Source: Candidatus Brocadia sp.
Lineage (GTDB): Bacteria > Planctomycetota > Brocadiia > Brocadiales > Brocadiaceae
Assembly: GCA_021650915.1 (NCBI GenBank)
Contig: CP091279.1
Location: 1,620,001 to 1,652,000, forward strand
Length of the DNA stretch: 32,000 nt
Direction of reading: 5' to 3'
Under the pieces are notes generated by a model, which had not been told where the DNA came from, did no database searches, and worked only from the letters and a program-made list of their open reading frames with translations. Shown piece by piece: positions 16,043-24,491 of the stretch. Position numbers and translations under genes: made by a program. Every line of letters begins with the position of its first letter. Within the stretch, counting starts at the first letter, position 1.

Positions 16043-16435
16043 TTACGCTTTTATTATCACAAATACACTCCTTATTGTCAATAGTATGTATTTACCAACG
16101 CCGATGTTTTGCCAAGGAAGAGAAGATTCCTCGTCCTTGCTTATCAAACGATGGTACCAGCGGATGATTACAAAGTGAAGCGCATCTTTCAGGACTGAAT
16201 TAAGCGTCTTACTCCCGACAAGCTCAAGCCCTGCGGGGAAATCAGAAAAGACGGCCCCCCCATCTCCCAACAGACAGACGAAGCATGAAAATCCGGAGTC
16301 CACCCTGACAGAGGTAATTTCACACATATTTTTAGCCAAAATCATCTCTGGAAAATACCACACGGATAATTCTGCAAGGACAAGGCGCCACGGAGACTTT
16401 CCCTTTACGCCAGAGCCAAGCCTGACCCTCTTCAA
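16043..16435 (-). CDS. Hypothetical protein, 130 aa (TTG start, tightly coupled to bfr)
   Basis: The ORF begins 1 nt after the bfr stop and ends before the terminator at 15961-15994. No competing ORF covers this 400-bp stretch. I recognise no family, and the non-ATG start makes it uncertain. Confidence 0.35.
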   Translation of the reverse strand: MKRVRLGSGVKGKSPWRLVLAELSVWYFPEMILAKNMCEITSVRVDSGFSCFVCLLGDGGAVFSDFPAGLELVGSKTLNSVLKDALHFVIIRWYHRLISKDEESSLPWQNIGVGKYILLTIRSVFVIIKA

Positions 16436-16436
16436 C

Positions 16437-16907
16437 TTACATTAAGTGAGTTACAATATACTGATTGCCGAATTTTTCAGTATTGTTCACCTTCGTTTGC
16501 AATTCACTCAAATGTTTCTCTTCTGACTTAAGAATCTCCTCCAACAGCATTCTGCTCCCATGATCTTTTTCATGAAAACATATGGTAATGCCGCTATTGA
16601 GGCGTTCAATTGCTTCGATCTCTATGTTGATGTTCAGTTTTAACATGGTGACAATGTCATTTTGTTTCTCTTCCGGCACTATATGCTTCTGATATTTTAC
16701 CGTCGATCCAAGCATTAAGATGCGTTCCGCAAGCGCTTCCGCATGTTTCATCTCATCGATTGCATCGTTTTTTAACATATCGGCAAGTTTCTGATACCCC
16801 ATATCCGCACACTTCGTATGCTGGTCCATGTAAATACCTACAGCGCCAATTTCCGCTGCGTAGACTTCACAGAGCACCTTATAGACTTTCTCATTGATCT
16901 TTCCCAT
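16437..16907 (-). CDS. bfr: Bacterioferritin-like ferritin-superfamily protein, 156 aa
   Basis: It shows a four-helix-bundle ferroxidase pattern: ..E(18)..IDEMKHAE.. (ExxH with the Met position used as the haem ligand in Bfr) ..IEIEAIERL.. ..SEEKHLSEL.. Confidence 0.85.
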   Translation of the reverse strand: MGKINEKVYKVLCEVYAAEIGAVGIYMDQHTKCADMGYQKLADMLKNDAIDEMKHAEALAERILMLGSTVKYQKHIVPEEKQNDIVTMLKLNINIEIEAIERLNSGITICFHEKDHGSRMLLEEILKSEEKHLSELQTKVNNTEKFGNQYIVTHLM

Positions 16908-17065
16908 GTTTTCTCCTTATCGAATTGTTTTATCCTAAAAAAATCTTTTCCACAAATGTTGTCTGCACCATTTTCACCCCGTAATGAAATGAGAAGAAGC
17001 TTCTTTTCAGTCCTCTCTCCACTAATATATATAAAATATCTGGCTGAAATTCAAACAATATTAAC

Positions 17066-17080
17066 TAACAATCATTGTTA
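17066..17080. promoter_or_regulatory. Candidate Fur-family operator (7-1-7 palindrome)
   Basis: TAACAAT-C-ATTGTTA has perfect 7-bp arms and matches the 7-1-7 Fur consensus TGATAATNATTATCA at 10 of 14 arm positions. It lies in the divergent bfr / K+ channel intergenic region. Confidence 0.3.
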
Positions 17081-17279
17081 AATTTCACGGCTACTCTTTT
17101 TGAAATATCGAGTAAGAGCTCCGGCGAAGAATTGAATTGCGAAAAACCAGGTTATATTTTACAGTATGGGGAAATATTTTGTAGCACTTTCATGATGTAC
17201 GAGGATGAGGACGCTTCTTTTTCATGATAATTGTGAAACTTTTGGAGACATCTCCCTTTAAATCTATTTTTCATCTGCA

Positions 17280-18113
17280 ATGAAAAAGATTGAACCGCAC
17301 CTTTCCGAAAAAACTTTCAGGGGAAAACTTTTCAGGGTTATCTACGAATCTGGCACCATAGGGGGTAAGTTGTTTAATGTTACCCTCATCTCTTGTATCG
17401 TAATCAGCGTTCTCATTGTATCACTCGATAGTATCGAGAGTGTCAGCATTCGTTATGGGAAAGCATTATTATATGCTGAATGGGTCATAACGATCCTTTT
17501 CAGCATTGAGTTTGCGCTCAGAATCACGTGTGTAAAAAAACCCCTGAAATATCTTTTCAGCTTTATGGGTTTGGTCGATCTCCTTTCTATCCTTCCCTTG
17601 TATCTCAGTTTCTTTTTTACCGGGACAAAGTACTTCGTCGTCATCCGAACGTTCCGCATATTGCGGATCTTCAGAATCTTAAAAATGTGGAATTTTGTCG
17701 AGGCCTCTCACCAGTTAACAAAGGCCCTTTATATCAGTTCCATTAAAATCGGGGTATTTATTCTCTTTCTCCTCGTGCTTGTCGTTATCATTGGGTCCCT
17801 GATGCATCTCATTGAAGGCGGAAAACATGGCTTTGACAGTATTCCCCATAGTATCTACTGGGCTATTGTAACCCTCACTACCGTAGGTTATGGCGATATT
17901 GCGCCTAAAACACCCGCAGGCAGATTATTTGCTTCCGTCATTATGCTTTTAGGTTATGGAATCATCGCAGTCCCAACAGGGATTGTGACTGCCGAATTAG
18001 TAAAATTTACCAAGATACCACACGCCAAATCTGTCCATAGTTGCCCTTCCTGCGGCAAAGAAGGACATGACACCGACGCCCACTTCTGTAAATTCTGCGG
18101 GGAGAAATTGTAG
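17280..18113 (+). CDS. Voltage-sensor-containing K+ channel (Ion_trans family) with a C-terminal zinc-ribbon tail, 277 aa
   Basis: S4-like VVIRTFRILRIFRILKMW, selectivity filter TTVGYGD, and C-terminal CPSCGKEGHDTDAHFCKFCG (CxxC...CxxC). Confidence 0.9.
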   Translation: MKKIEPHLSEKTFRGKLFRVIYESGTIGGKLFNVTLISCIVISVLIVSLDSIESVSIRYGKALLYAEWVITILFSIEFALRITCVKKPLKYLFSFMGLVDLLSILPLYLSFFFTGTKYFVVIRTFRILRIFRILKMWNFVEASHQLTKALYISSIKIGVFILFLLVLVVIIGSLMHLIEGGKHGFDSIPHSIYWAIVTLTTVGYGDIAPKTPAGRLFASVIMLLGYGIIAVPTGIVTAELVKFTKIPHAKSVHSCPSCGKEGHDTDAHFCKFCGEKL

Positions 18114-18146
18114 TATTGGCACAAAACTATCCGTCTTCATATCATG

Positions 18147-19349
18147 CTATAGACGACCTAATTCTTTTGAAATGATGCTGTATACTTGCCTGAGAGGGAT
18201 TCCCTTTTCGCTTGCTATCCGTTTGCAATCTTCATATTCAGGGGAAACCGTTTTCAGATCGTCGTTAGACCTTCCGATCTTTACCTTGATTTTCCCAAGG
18301 GAGCTGTCAAACTCCGTCATTTCCCGCGCAAGGATTTTCCGAAGTACCTTGTATTTCCTGACGCCAAATGTCGTTGTTTCGTTGAATAAAACGGACTCAA
18401 CGGACGGGAGATGCAGTTCAGAAACGATGGCGCTGACGATAGTTCCCGGTCGCCCTTTTTTCATCTGGATTGGGGTAAAATAGGCGTCTGCCGCACCTGC
18501 ATCAAACAATTTATCCATAACGTAGCCCAATATCTCACCCGTCATATTGTCAATATTGGTTTCGACGATCCACATTTCGTCGGATTCCTGGCACATTGTT
18601 TCACCAATAAAGACGCGCAATAAATTCGGGATGTTTGGATTATCATTACTCCCCGCTCCGTAGCCAATCTGAATGACTTTCATTTCCGGATTGGTGCGCA
18701 AACCTTCGCCAAGGGTCGTTATGATGGCAGCGCCCGTCGGTGTGGTTAATTCCTTTTCAATATTGACAGACTTTAATAACTGGTTCTTCAGCAGTTCTGC
18801 TGTTGCCGGAGGAGGGACGGGGAATGATCCATGCTCGCATGTCGTGTATCCATATCCCGTAGGTACAGGAGAAAAATAGATCTTTTCGATTCCCAAATGC
18901 CTGATGGCAATCACGGAACCGACAATATCAATGATTGAGTCAATTGCACCAACTTCATGAAAATGGACTTCTTCCACCGTACTATTATGGACTTTTGCTT
19001 CAACCATGGCAAGTCTTTGAAAAATTTTGATGCTGTCGTCTTTTACCGTATGATGGAGGGTGCTTTTTTCTATGATTGCCCGGATGTCAGAAAGTCTTAA
19101 GTGTGCATGGTGGCGATGGTCGTGATGCGGAGCGCTGGCTGAGGTGTGCGGCGAAGAGATCGTCACATGAACCTTGGTGCCGCTGATTCCGGCGCGTTTC
19201 ACCTTTTCTGCCGATAATGCGTAACCGTGGATGTGGAGTCTTGCAAGTTGCTCTTGCAAGACGTTAATATCAAGCCCGGCGTCAACAAACGCCCCAAGGG
19301 TCATATCTCCGCTAATACCAGAAAAACAGTCAAAGTATGCAATTTTCAT
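18147..19349 (-). CDS. larC: LarC-type nickel insertion protein (nickel-pincer cofactor biosynthesis; DUF111 family), 400 aa
   Basis: MKIAYFDCFSGISGDMTLGAF is the canonical LarC N-terminus. There is a His-rich loop HTSASAPHHDHRHHAH. I chose the ATG at 19349 (AAGGAAAG upstream) over the 38-codon extension in the ORF track. Confidence 0.9.
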   Translation of the reverse strand: MKIAYFDCFSGISGDMTLGAFVDAGLDINVLQEQLARLHIHGYALSAEKVKRAGISGTKVHVTISSPHTSASAPHHDHRHHAHLRLSDIRAIIEKSTLHHTVKDDSIKIFQRLAMVEAKVHNSTVEEVHFHEVGAIDSIIDIVGSVIAIRHLGIEKIYFSPVPTGYGYTTCEHGSFPVPPPATAELLKNQLLKSVNIEKELTTPTGAAIITTLGEGLRTNPEMKVIQIGYGAGSNDNPNIPNLLRVFIGETMCQESDEMWIVETNIDNMTGEILGYVMDKLFDAGAADAYFTPIQMKKGRPGTIVSAIVSELHLPSVESVLFNETTTFGVRKYKVLRKILAREMTEFDSSLGKIKVKIGRSNDDLKTVSPEYEDCKRIASEKGIPLRQVYSIISKELGRL

Positions 19350-19557
19350 CTGAAATCTTTCCTTTGTTGAGAGTGCGTAAGACATCCGTTTAACGCTGCA
19401 AATGCTAGCACACGCTTTCCCGTGAGTCAATGAAAAACAGCCCATTTTCGTTGACTTATTCACATTCGCTTATATAATGCAGATTTACAGGGTCAGGGTA
19501 CTCTTTGTTTTGTCCTGGGATGGCTGGATAACTTGTCGTACCGTAATTTCATGGCTT

Positions 19558-19626
19558 GAGATTCTTCGTCCGTTTCACTCCATCAGAATGACACCATTTG
19601 TCATTCTGAGCGAAGCAAAGAATCTC
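19558..19626. repeat. Imperfect inverted-repeat element (GAGATTCTT...CAGAATGACA / TGTCATTCTG...AAGAATCTC)
   Basis: The arm termini are complementary while the interiors differ in length (36 vs 28 nt). It ends 14 nt before the nadD ATG. Confidence 0.5.
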
Positions 19627-19639
19627 ATTTAGGAATAAC

Positions 19640-20284
19640 ATGGATATTGGTGTCTTTGGCGGATCGTTTAACCCAATACATATTGGGCATCTTATTGTTG
19701 CGGAGGAGGTGTATCAGCAGCGGCGATTATCGAAGGTTATCTTTGTTCCAACAGGAATATCCCCCCATAAGGAAGAAAGAAACTTGCTCGATTCTTTTCA
19801 CCGGTATCAGATGGTGAAATATGCTATAAAAGATAATGAGCATTTTGAGGTATCTGATTTGGAAATCAAACGGGCTGGAAAATCATATACCATCGATACC
19901 ATTTGCGCCTTAAAAGATGGGTACGGAAAACACCATAATTTGTTTCTGATCATGGGTACGGACATGATCATCGAGATAAGCACCTGGAAAGACATTGACC
20001 TGCTTTCCAGGATGTGTCATTTTGTAGTTGTTAACCGTTTCCCGATGATGCCAAATGGGAGTAATCCCTCATTCCCTTCTCAAACGTCGAATCTGCGCTG
20101 CACTGAAATATTCTCCCCCGAGAAAAAAGCGGAGATTGAGCAACTAAAGGTTACGATACCGCACATTGGCATATCATCAACGGAAATCAGGGAGAGACTG
20201 CAAAACGGGCGCAGCATACGATATTTGGTTCCCCGCTGTGTGGAAGAATATATTAGGGCAAGCAATATTTATGTAAAAGCGTAA
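19640..20284 (+). CDS. nadD: Nicotinate-nucleotide adenylyltransferase, 214 aa
   Basis: GGSFNPIHIGHL (HxGH nucleotidyltransferase motif) and ISSTEIR near the C-terminus. Confidence 0.9.
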   Translation: MDIGVFGGSFNPIHIGHLIVAEEVYQQRRLSKVIFVPTGISPHKEERNLLDSFHRYQMVKYAIKDNEHFEVSDLEIKRAGKSYTIDTICALKDGYGKHHNLFLIMGTDMIIEISTWKDIDLLSRMCHFVVVNRFPMMPNGSNPSFPSQTSNLRCTEIFSPEKKAEIEQLKVTIPHIGISSTEIRERLQNGRSIRYLVPRCVEEYIRASNIYVKA

Positions 20285-20336
20285 CAAACAATGTGAAAAC
20301 GTACTATTTTTGTATTCATACACCAAGGAACACACG

Positions 20337-20849
20337 ATGAAACATCTTTATTTACTCACGATATTTTTCTCTTTTTCTCTGCATACCGTAAGCCTTGCGC
20401 AAGGCAATATTGTTGACTATTTTTTAAAAGACCCGAAGGCGTGGGATGAAACAAAAAAGATCATTCATAAGACGCCGACACGAGTCGTCATTCCTGATGG
20501 CTGCACGTCACTGGGATTTTATCTTGCAGAACTGACACAGGGTGACGAAGTCGCGCTGATTTTTATCGATACGCAAAAGTCCGACAAGTTAAAACAGACC
20601 GGCTTCTGTGAGGCAGGAGACAAACTGTTGCCGGGTTTAAACAGGGTCGTATCAGTCTTAACCAGAAATTCCGGAGACCGTACCCGGTTTCACTATAAAT
20701 TCATCCTCCAAAGGAATATCAATAACGTGCCCGTTTCCGTTTACCATAATGGCAATGCCGTTCTGGAAAGCAGGTATGACGGCAGTCAACCGGTAAAAGA
20801 CATTTCCAATTTATCAGGCATTGAACTTTGTGAGATAGAAGTTCGTTAG
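20337..20849 (+). CDS. Secreted hypothetical protein, 170 aa
   Basis: AAGGAA lies upstream of ATG 20337. The N-terminal signal peptide is MKHLYLLTIFFSFSLHTVSLA|QG. I recognise no family. Confidence 0.6.
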   Translation: MKHLYLLTIFFSFSLHTVSLAQGNIVDYFLKDPKAWDETKKIIHKTPTRVVIPDGCTSLGFYLAELTQGDEVALIFIDTQKSDKLKQTGFCEAGDKLLPGLNRVVSVLTRNSGDRTRFHYKFILQRNINNVPVSVYHNGNAVLESRYDGSQPVKDISNLSGIELCEIEVR

Positions 20850-20934
20850 CGGGTCTTATCTGCTGCCATTCTTTATACAACGCGACTCTCTTGTTAAGAT
20901 TAAACAGAGATGAAGACTTTTTCGTGTTATCGAC

Positions 20935-21318
20935 ATGCGTAAACCCGAACCGGTGGTGATTATTTATGACGACAAGTGCAGCTTATGCCGTGGATGCAGG
21001 CGATGGATTGAGTTGCACGCCATCCAAAGGAACGTCTTTGAATTTATTCCCTGCCGATCAGAAGAACGCAGACGCAGATTTCCTGAATTGAATGATGATG
21101 TCTGTGTACAGTCCTTTCAATTAGTGCTTCCGCAAAAACAGATTCTTGCCGGCGATACGGCATTGCCGGAGATACTCATCCGGCTAAGAGGATACCGGTG
21201 GTTACAGATATTATTTCAATTGCCGGTAAGTAAAGCCTGCCTCTATGCAGCATACCGATGGATTTCCAATAACAGATACCTCATTTCAAAAACCATTAAG
21301 CCTCTCATTCAGGAATAG
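20935..21318 (+). CDS. DCC-family thiol-disulfide oxidoreductase (DUF393), 127 aa
   Basis: N-terminal ..VIIYDDKCSLCRGCRRWIE.. matches the YDGxCxLC signature of the DCC/DUF393 family. Confidence 0.75.
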   Translation: MRKPEPVVIIYDDKCSLCRGCRRWIELHAIQRNVFEFIPCRSEERRRRFPELNDDVCVQSFQLVLPQKQILAGDTALPEILIRLRGYRWLQILFQLPVSKACLYAAYRWISNNRYLISKTIKPLIQE

Positions 21319-21597
21319 AATCACAAAGACAGGGATACCGGTCAGACCACCGACAATTCGATTTAGCGCCTCATTGACGCTATTTCTTTCGGGTGGTTTA
21401 TTTCAAATCAGCACGCAACCTCTTTCCCTGGACGTGGATAATAAAGGATCCCTTGTTTGAGTATAATTTTCTGCCAGAAACTGCCGATAAATATACAACC
21501 CTTTTTCTATAATTCAGTCAATGCAAGCCGCTCAATTTGAAGATATACTTTCCTTTCAGACCTTGGATACCAACAGCAATAAATGGGAGATTACAAC

Positions 21598-21789
21598 ATG
21601 AAAATTGTTTTACGCATAATAGATATCCTGGTGTTTCTCCGCGGTGCAGGACGGAAAAGGACAAAAAGGTCCTTTCACGAAATTGATGCATTTCTGTTCT
21701 TCTTAATAACCATAATCCTGATTAGCAGCATCATGATTATTGAATCTCTCAATTCTTTGAAACAGGAATTGCGACTGAAGTCAGAATAG
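21598..21789 (+). CDS. Possible small single-pass membrane protein, 63 aa
   Basis: GGGAGA lies 7 nt before ATG 21598. There is one hydrophobic span (AFLFFLITIILISSIMII). It sits 100 nt upstream of the HDOD-GGDEF gene. No homology is recognised. Confidence 0.3.
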   Translation: MKIVLRIIDILVFLRGAGRKRTKRSFHEIDAFLFFLITIILISSIMIIESLNSLKQELRLKSE

Positions 21790-21889
21790 ACAGAAACGCT
21801 TAGCAGAGAGACAAAAAATAGACCTGACATTGATTAAGGAAAGATCGTACACGAAAATGTCCCTGTTTTCTGTTTGGTAACGTAGAGCG

Positions 21890-23443
21890 ATGAAAAGAGA
21901 AGATGTCATAAAAATCGTTTTAAAATCAGAGTCCCTGCCTACCCTGCCAGCCGTTGCATGCAAACTCATCTCCATCTCGTCTCAGGAAGAAATAGGAATG
22001 AAGGAAATTGCAAACCTGGTATCGAAAGATGCCTCTCTGTCTGCAAAGGTATTGAAAATAGCCAATTCAGCCCTCTACAATTTCCCGGTAAAAATAAGCA
22101 ATGTGCATCAGGCTGCTTCAAGAATCGGATTGAACGCAATCAGGAGCTTAGTGCTTTCCTTTTCATTTTTATCAATCAAGGCAAAGAACGCGGGAAATAC
22201 TTTCAACTATGAGATGTTTTGGGAAAAATCCCTTGCGAACGCAGTCGCAGCAAAACTTGTCATGGCTGAGGTTAGCAAATCTGACGGAGAAGAGATATTC
22301 ATCTCCGGACTCTTACAAAACATAGGAGAACTGATTATGGCTGGATGCTTCCCCAAGCAGTATGCACAAGTATTGCAGGAAACATCGGGTAGCGAAAACG
22401 ATCCTGCTGGAGCGGAAGAACAAATTATTGGAGCAGATCATGCATATATTGGCTATGAGATTGCTAAAAAGTGGGGATTCCCTCAGGAGTTACTCATCCC
22501 TATTCTCTATCACCATTCACCGCAAAACTATAAGGACGACGACAGCAAGCTCAGGCTTGCGGTCAACGTTGTCCATTTATCAGGAATTGTTGCGAATATC
22601 CTTTATTCAACGAACCCTCAGAAATATCACCAAATGTTTCTGGATGTGTCAAAGGCAACGTTCGGTTTCAATGATACCGTTGTTAGCAGGATAATGGATA
22701 ATGTCGTCACAGAAATCAACGAGACCGCCGGATTGTTTGGCCTTCATGTCAAGAACCACAAGCCAATTGAGGAGATACTGCAAGAAGCCAACGCGTCTCT
22801 CAGCAGCATAAACTTAACGTACGATCAAATGAACCGGGAACTGAACGACACGAAAATCCAATTGCAGAGGCTTACCAAAGAACTTGAAGAAAAAAACAAA
22901 CACCTTGAAAATCTTGTACAATTGGACAGCTTAACAGAAGTATATAATCAGGGTTGCTTTCAAAAAATGCTCGAAAATCAAATCAGCCTGGCAGTTCGTA
23001 AAAATTCATCGCTTAGTTTAATTATGATCGATGTCGATTATTTCAAAAGTATTAATGACAATTACGGCCATTTGGTGGGCGACGCTATTTTAAAAGAATT
23101 CTGTGCCTTAATGAGAAAATCTTTTCTGGATCACGACATGATCTTTCGGTATGGGGGTGAAGAATTCGCCATTATCCTTGCTGGCATGGCTGAGCGTGAT
23201 GCCAGAATTGTTGCTGAACGGTTACGGGAATCGATTGCCAACCATACCTTTATAGTTCATAACAACAAACATCATGTTACAGCCAGTTTTGGGGTTGCGG
23301 GCATAATGCCGGCACTCGATGGTCTTACAAAAAAAGACCTTATTGCCTTTGCGGACGCAGCCCTCCTTGAATCCAAAAAAACAGGGCGCAACAGAGTTTC
23401 GGTGTATAGTCAGAAAAAGAATTTACTCTCCCAGCCCGCTTAA
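21890..23443 (+). CDS. HDOD-domain / coiled-coil / GGDEF diguanylate cyclase, 517 aa
   Basis: N-terminal ..LPTLPAVACKLISI..(HDOD pattern)..YHHSP.. A coiled coil follows (..LNDTKIQLQRLTKELEEKNKHLENL..). The C-terminal domain reads ..DVDYFKSINDNYGHLVGD...RYGGEEFAIIL with an intact GGEEF active site. No RxxD I-site lies five residues upstream (LDHD instead). Confidence 0.9.
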   Translation: MKREDVIKIVLKSESLPTLPAVACKLISISSQEEIGMKEIANLVSKDASLSAKVLKIANSALYNFPVKISNVHQAASRIGLNAIRSLVLSFSFLSIKAKNAGNTFNYEMFWEKSLANAVAAKLVMAEVSKSDGEEIFISGLLQNIGELIMAGCFPKQYAQVLQETSGSENDPAGAEEQIIGADHAYIGYEIAKKWGFPQELLIPILYHHSPQNYKDDDSKLRLAVNVVHLSGIVANILYSTNPQKYHQMFLDVSKATFGFNDTVVSRIMDNVVTEINETAGLFGLHVKNHKPIEEILQEANASLSSINLTYDQMNRELNDTKIQLQRLTKELEEKNKHLENLVQLDSLTEVYNQGCFQKMLENQISLAVRKNSSLSLIMIDVDYFKSINDNYGHLVGDAILKEFCALMRKSFLDHDMIFRYGGEEFAIILAGMAERDARIVAERLRESIANHTFIVHNNKHHVTASFGVAGIMPALDGLTKKDLIAFADAALLESKKTGRNRVSVYSQKKNLLSQPA

Positions 23444-23498
23444 AAGGGCATGAAACGCTGTTTTTTTCCGCGTCTTTGCAAGATGCCGCGGCGCCTGA

Positions 23499-24419
23499 TT
23501 ATTCCAAAACCTTTCTGACAAAACCACCCTGCGCATCGAGCCTTTTCCTTGCCTCCGGGTAATCGACACCCAGTTTCTGCATAACGATAGCAACCTTTGC
23601 ATTCCCAAAAGCAGCTTCCAGCAGTTTCTTCGCAGCTTCACGGCTGATACCGGTAACCGTCATAATGATGCGCTCTGCACGGTCCGTAAGCTTTGCGTTG
23701 GTAGCCCTGAGATCGACCATAAGGTTCTCATAGACCTTGCCAATCTTAATCATAGAAGCCGTGGTCAGCATGTTTAGGATAAGTTTTGTAGCGGTGCCAG
23801 CCTTCATCCGGGTAGATCCGGTTATGACTTCAGGGCCTGTAATTGGCCTGATGACGACGTCGACGTCAAAATGGGGGGTGGTTTCTTTGTTGCAGCAGAG
23901 GAAGATAGTTTTTGCGTTGCGCTTTTTTGCTTCAAAAAGCGCCCCCATCACATAGGGAGTTGTTCCGCCCGTCGTGATGCCCACAACGACGTCCTTATGG
24001 CTCACCTCTCTTAGCTGGATGTCCTTTGCGCCATTTTCCGGGAAATCTTCAGCCCCCTCTACCGATTGAAAGACGGCCTTTTCACCACCGGCAATGATTC
24101 CCATAATAAGGCCGGGGTCGGTGCCATAGGTAGGAGGGCATTCCGATGCATCCAGAATACCCAGTCTTCCGCTGGTACCAGCACCCACATACAGAAGCCG
24201 GCCACCATCCCGAAAAGCCGAAACAATTACGTCAACCGCCTTTGCAATATGTTCCCGTTCCTTGTGGACGGCGGTAAAGACATTGGCATCCTCGGCATTG
24301 ATACTATCAATAATCTCCAGGGTGGTTTTGCAATCGATATTGAAAGTACGCTGATTGCGCTGTTCGGTGAGCAATTGAGAACGATCTTCCATCTCCATGA
24401 TAGGTGCGCATATTACCAT
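23499..24419 (-). CDS. murQ: N-acetylmuramic acid 6-phosphate etherase, ~300 aa
   Basis: SIS-domain motif VGAGTSGRLGILDASECPPT plus ..LLTEQRNQRT..ID.. at the N-terminus, as in MurQ. Alternative starts are at 24398 and 24392. Confidence 0.9.
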   Translation of the reverse strand: MVICAPIMEMEDRSQLLTEQRNQRTFNIDCKTTLEIIDSINAEDANVFTAVHKEREHIAKAVDVIVSAFRDGGRLLYVGAGTSGRLGILDASECPPTYGTDPGLIMGIIAGGEKAVFQSVEGAEDFPENGAKDIQLREVSHKDVVVGITTGGTTPYVMGALFEAKKRNAKTIFLCCNKETTPHFDVDVVIRPITGPEVITGSTRMKAGTATKLILNMLTTASMIKIGKVYENLMVDLRATNAKLTDRAERIIMTVTGISREAAKKLLEAAFGNAKVAIVMQKLGVDYPEARKRLDAQGGFVRKVLE

Positions 24420-24491
24420 TGTCTCAGAAGGTTGTCAAAGAATATTTGGCGGAATATTTACAAAGGAAAGAAGTTCCTTTAAGATATCCCT

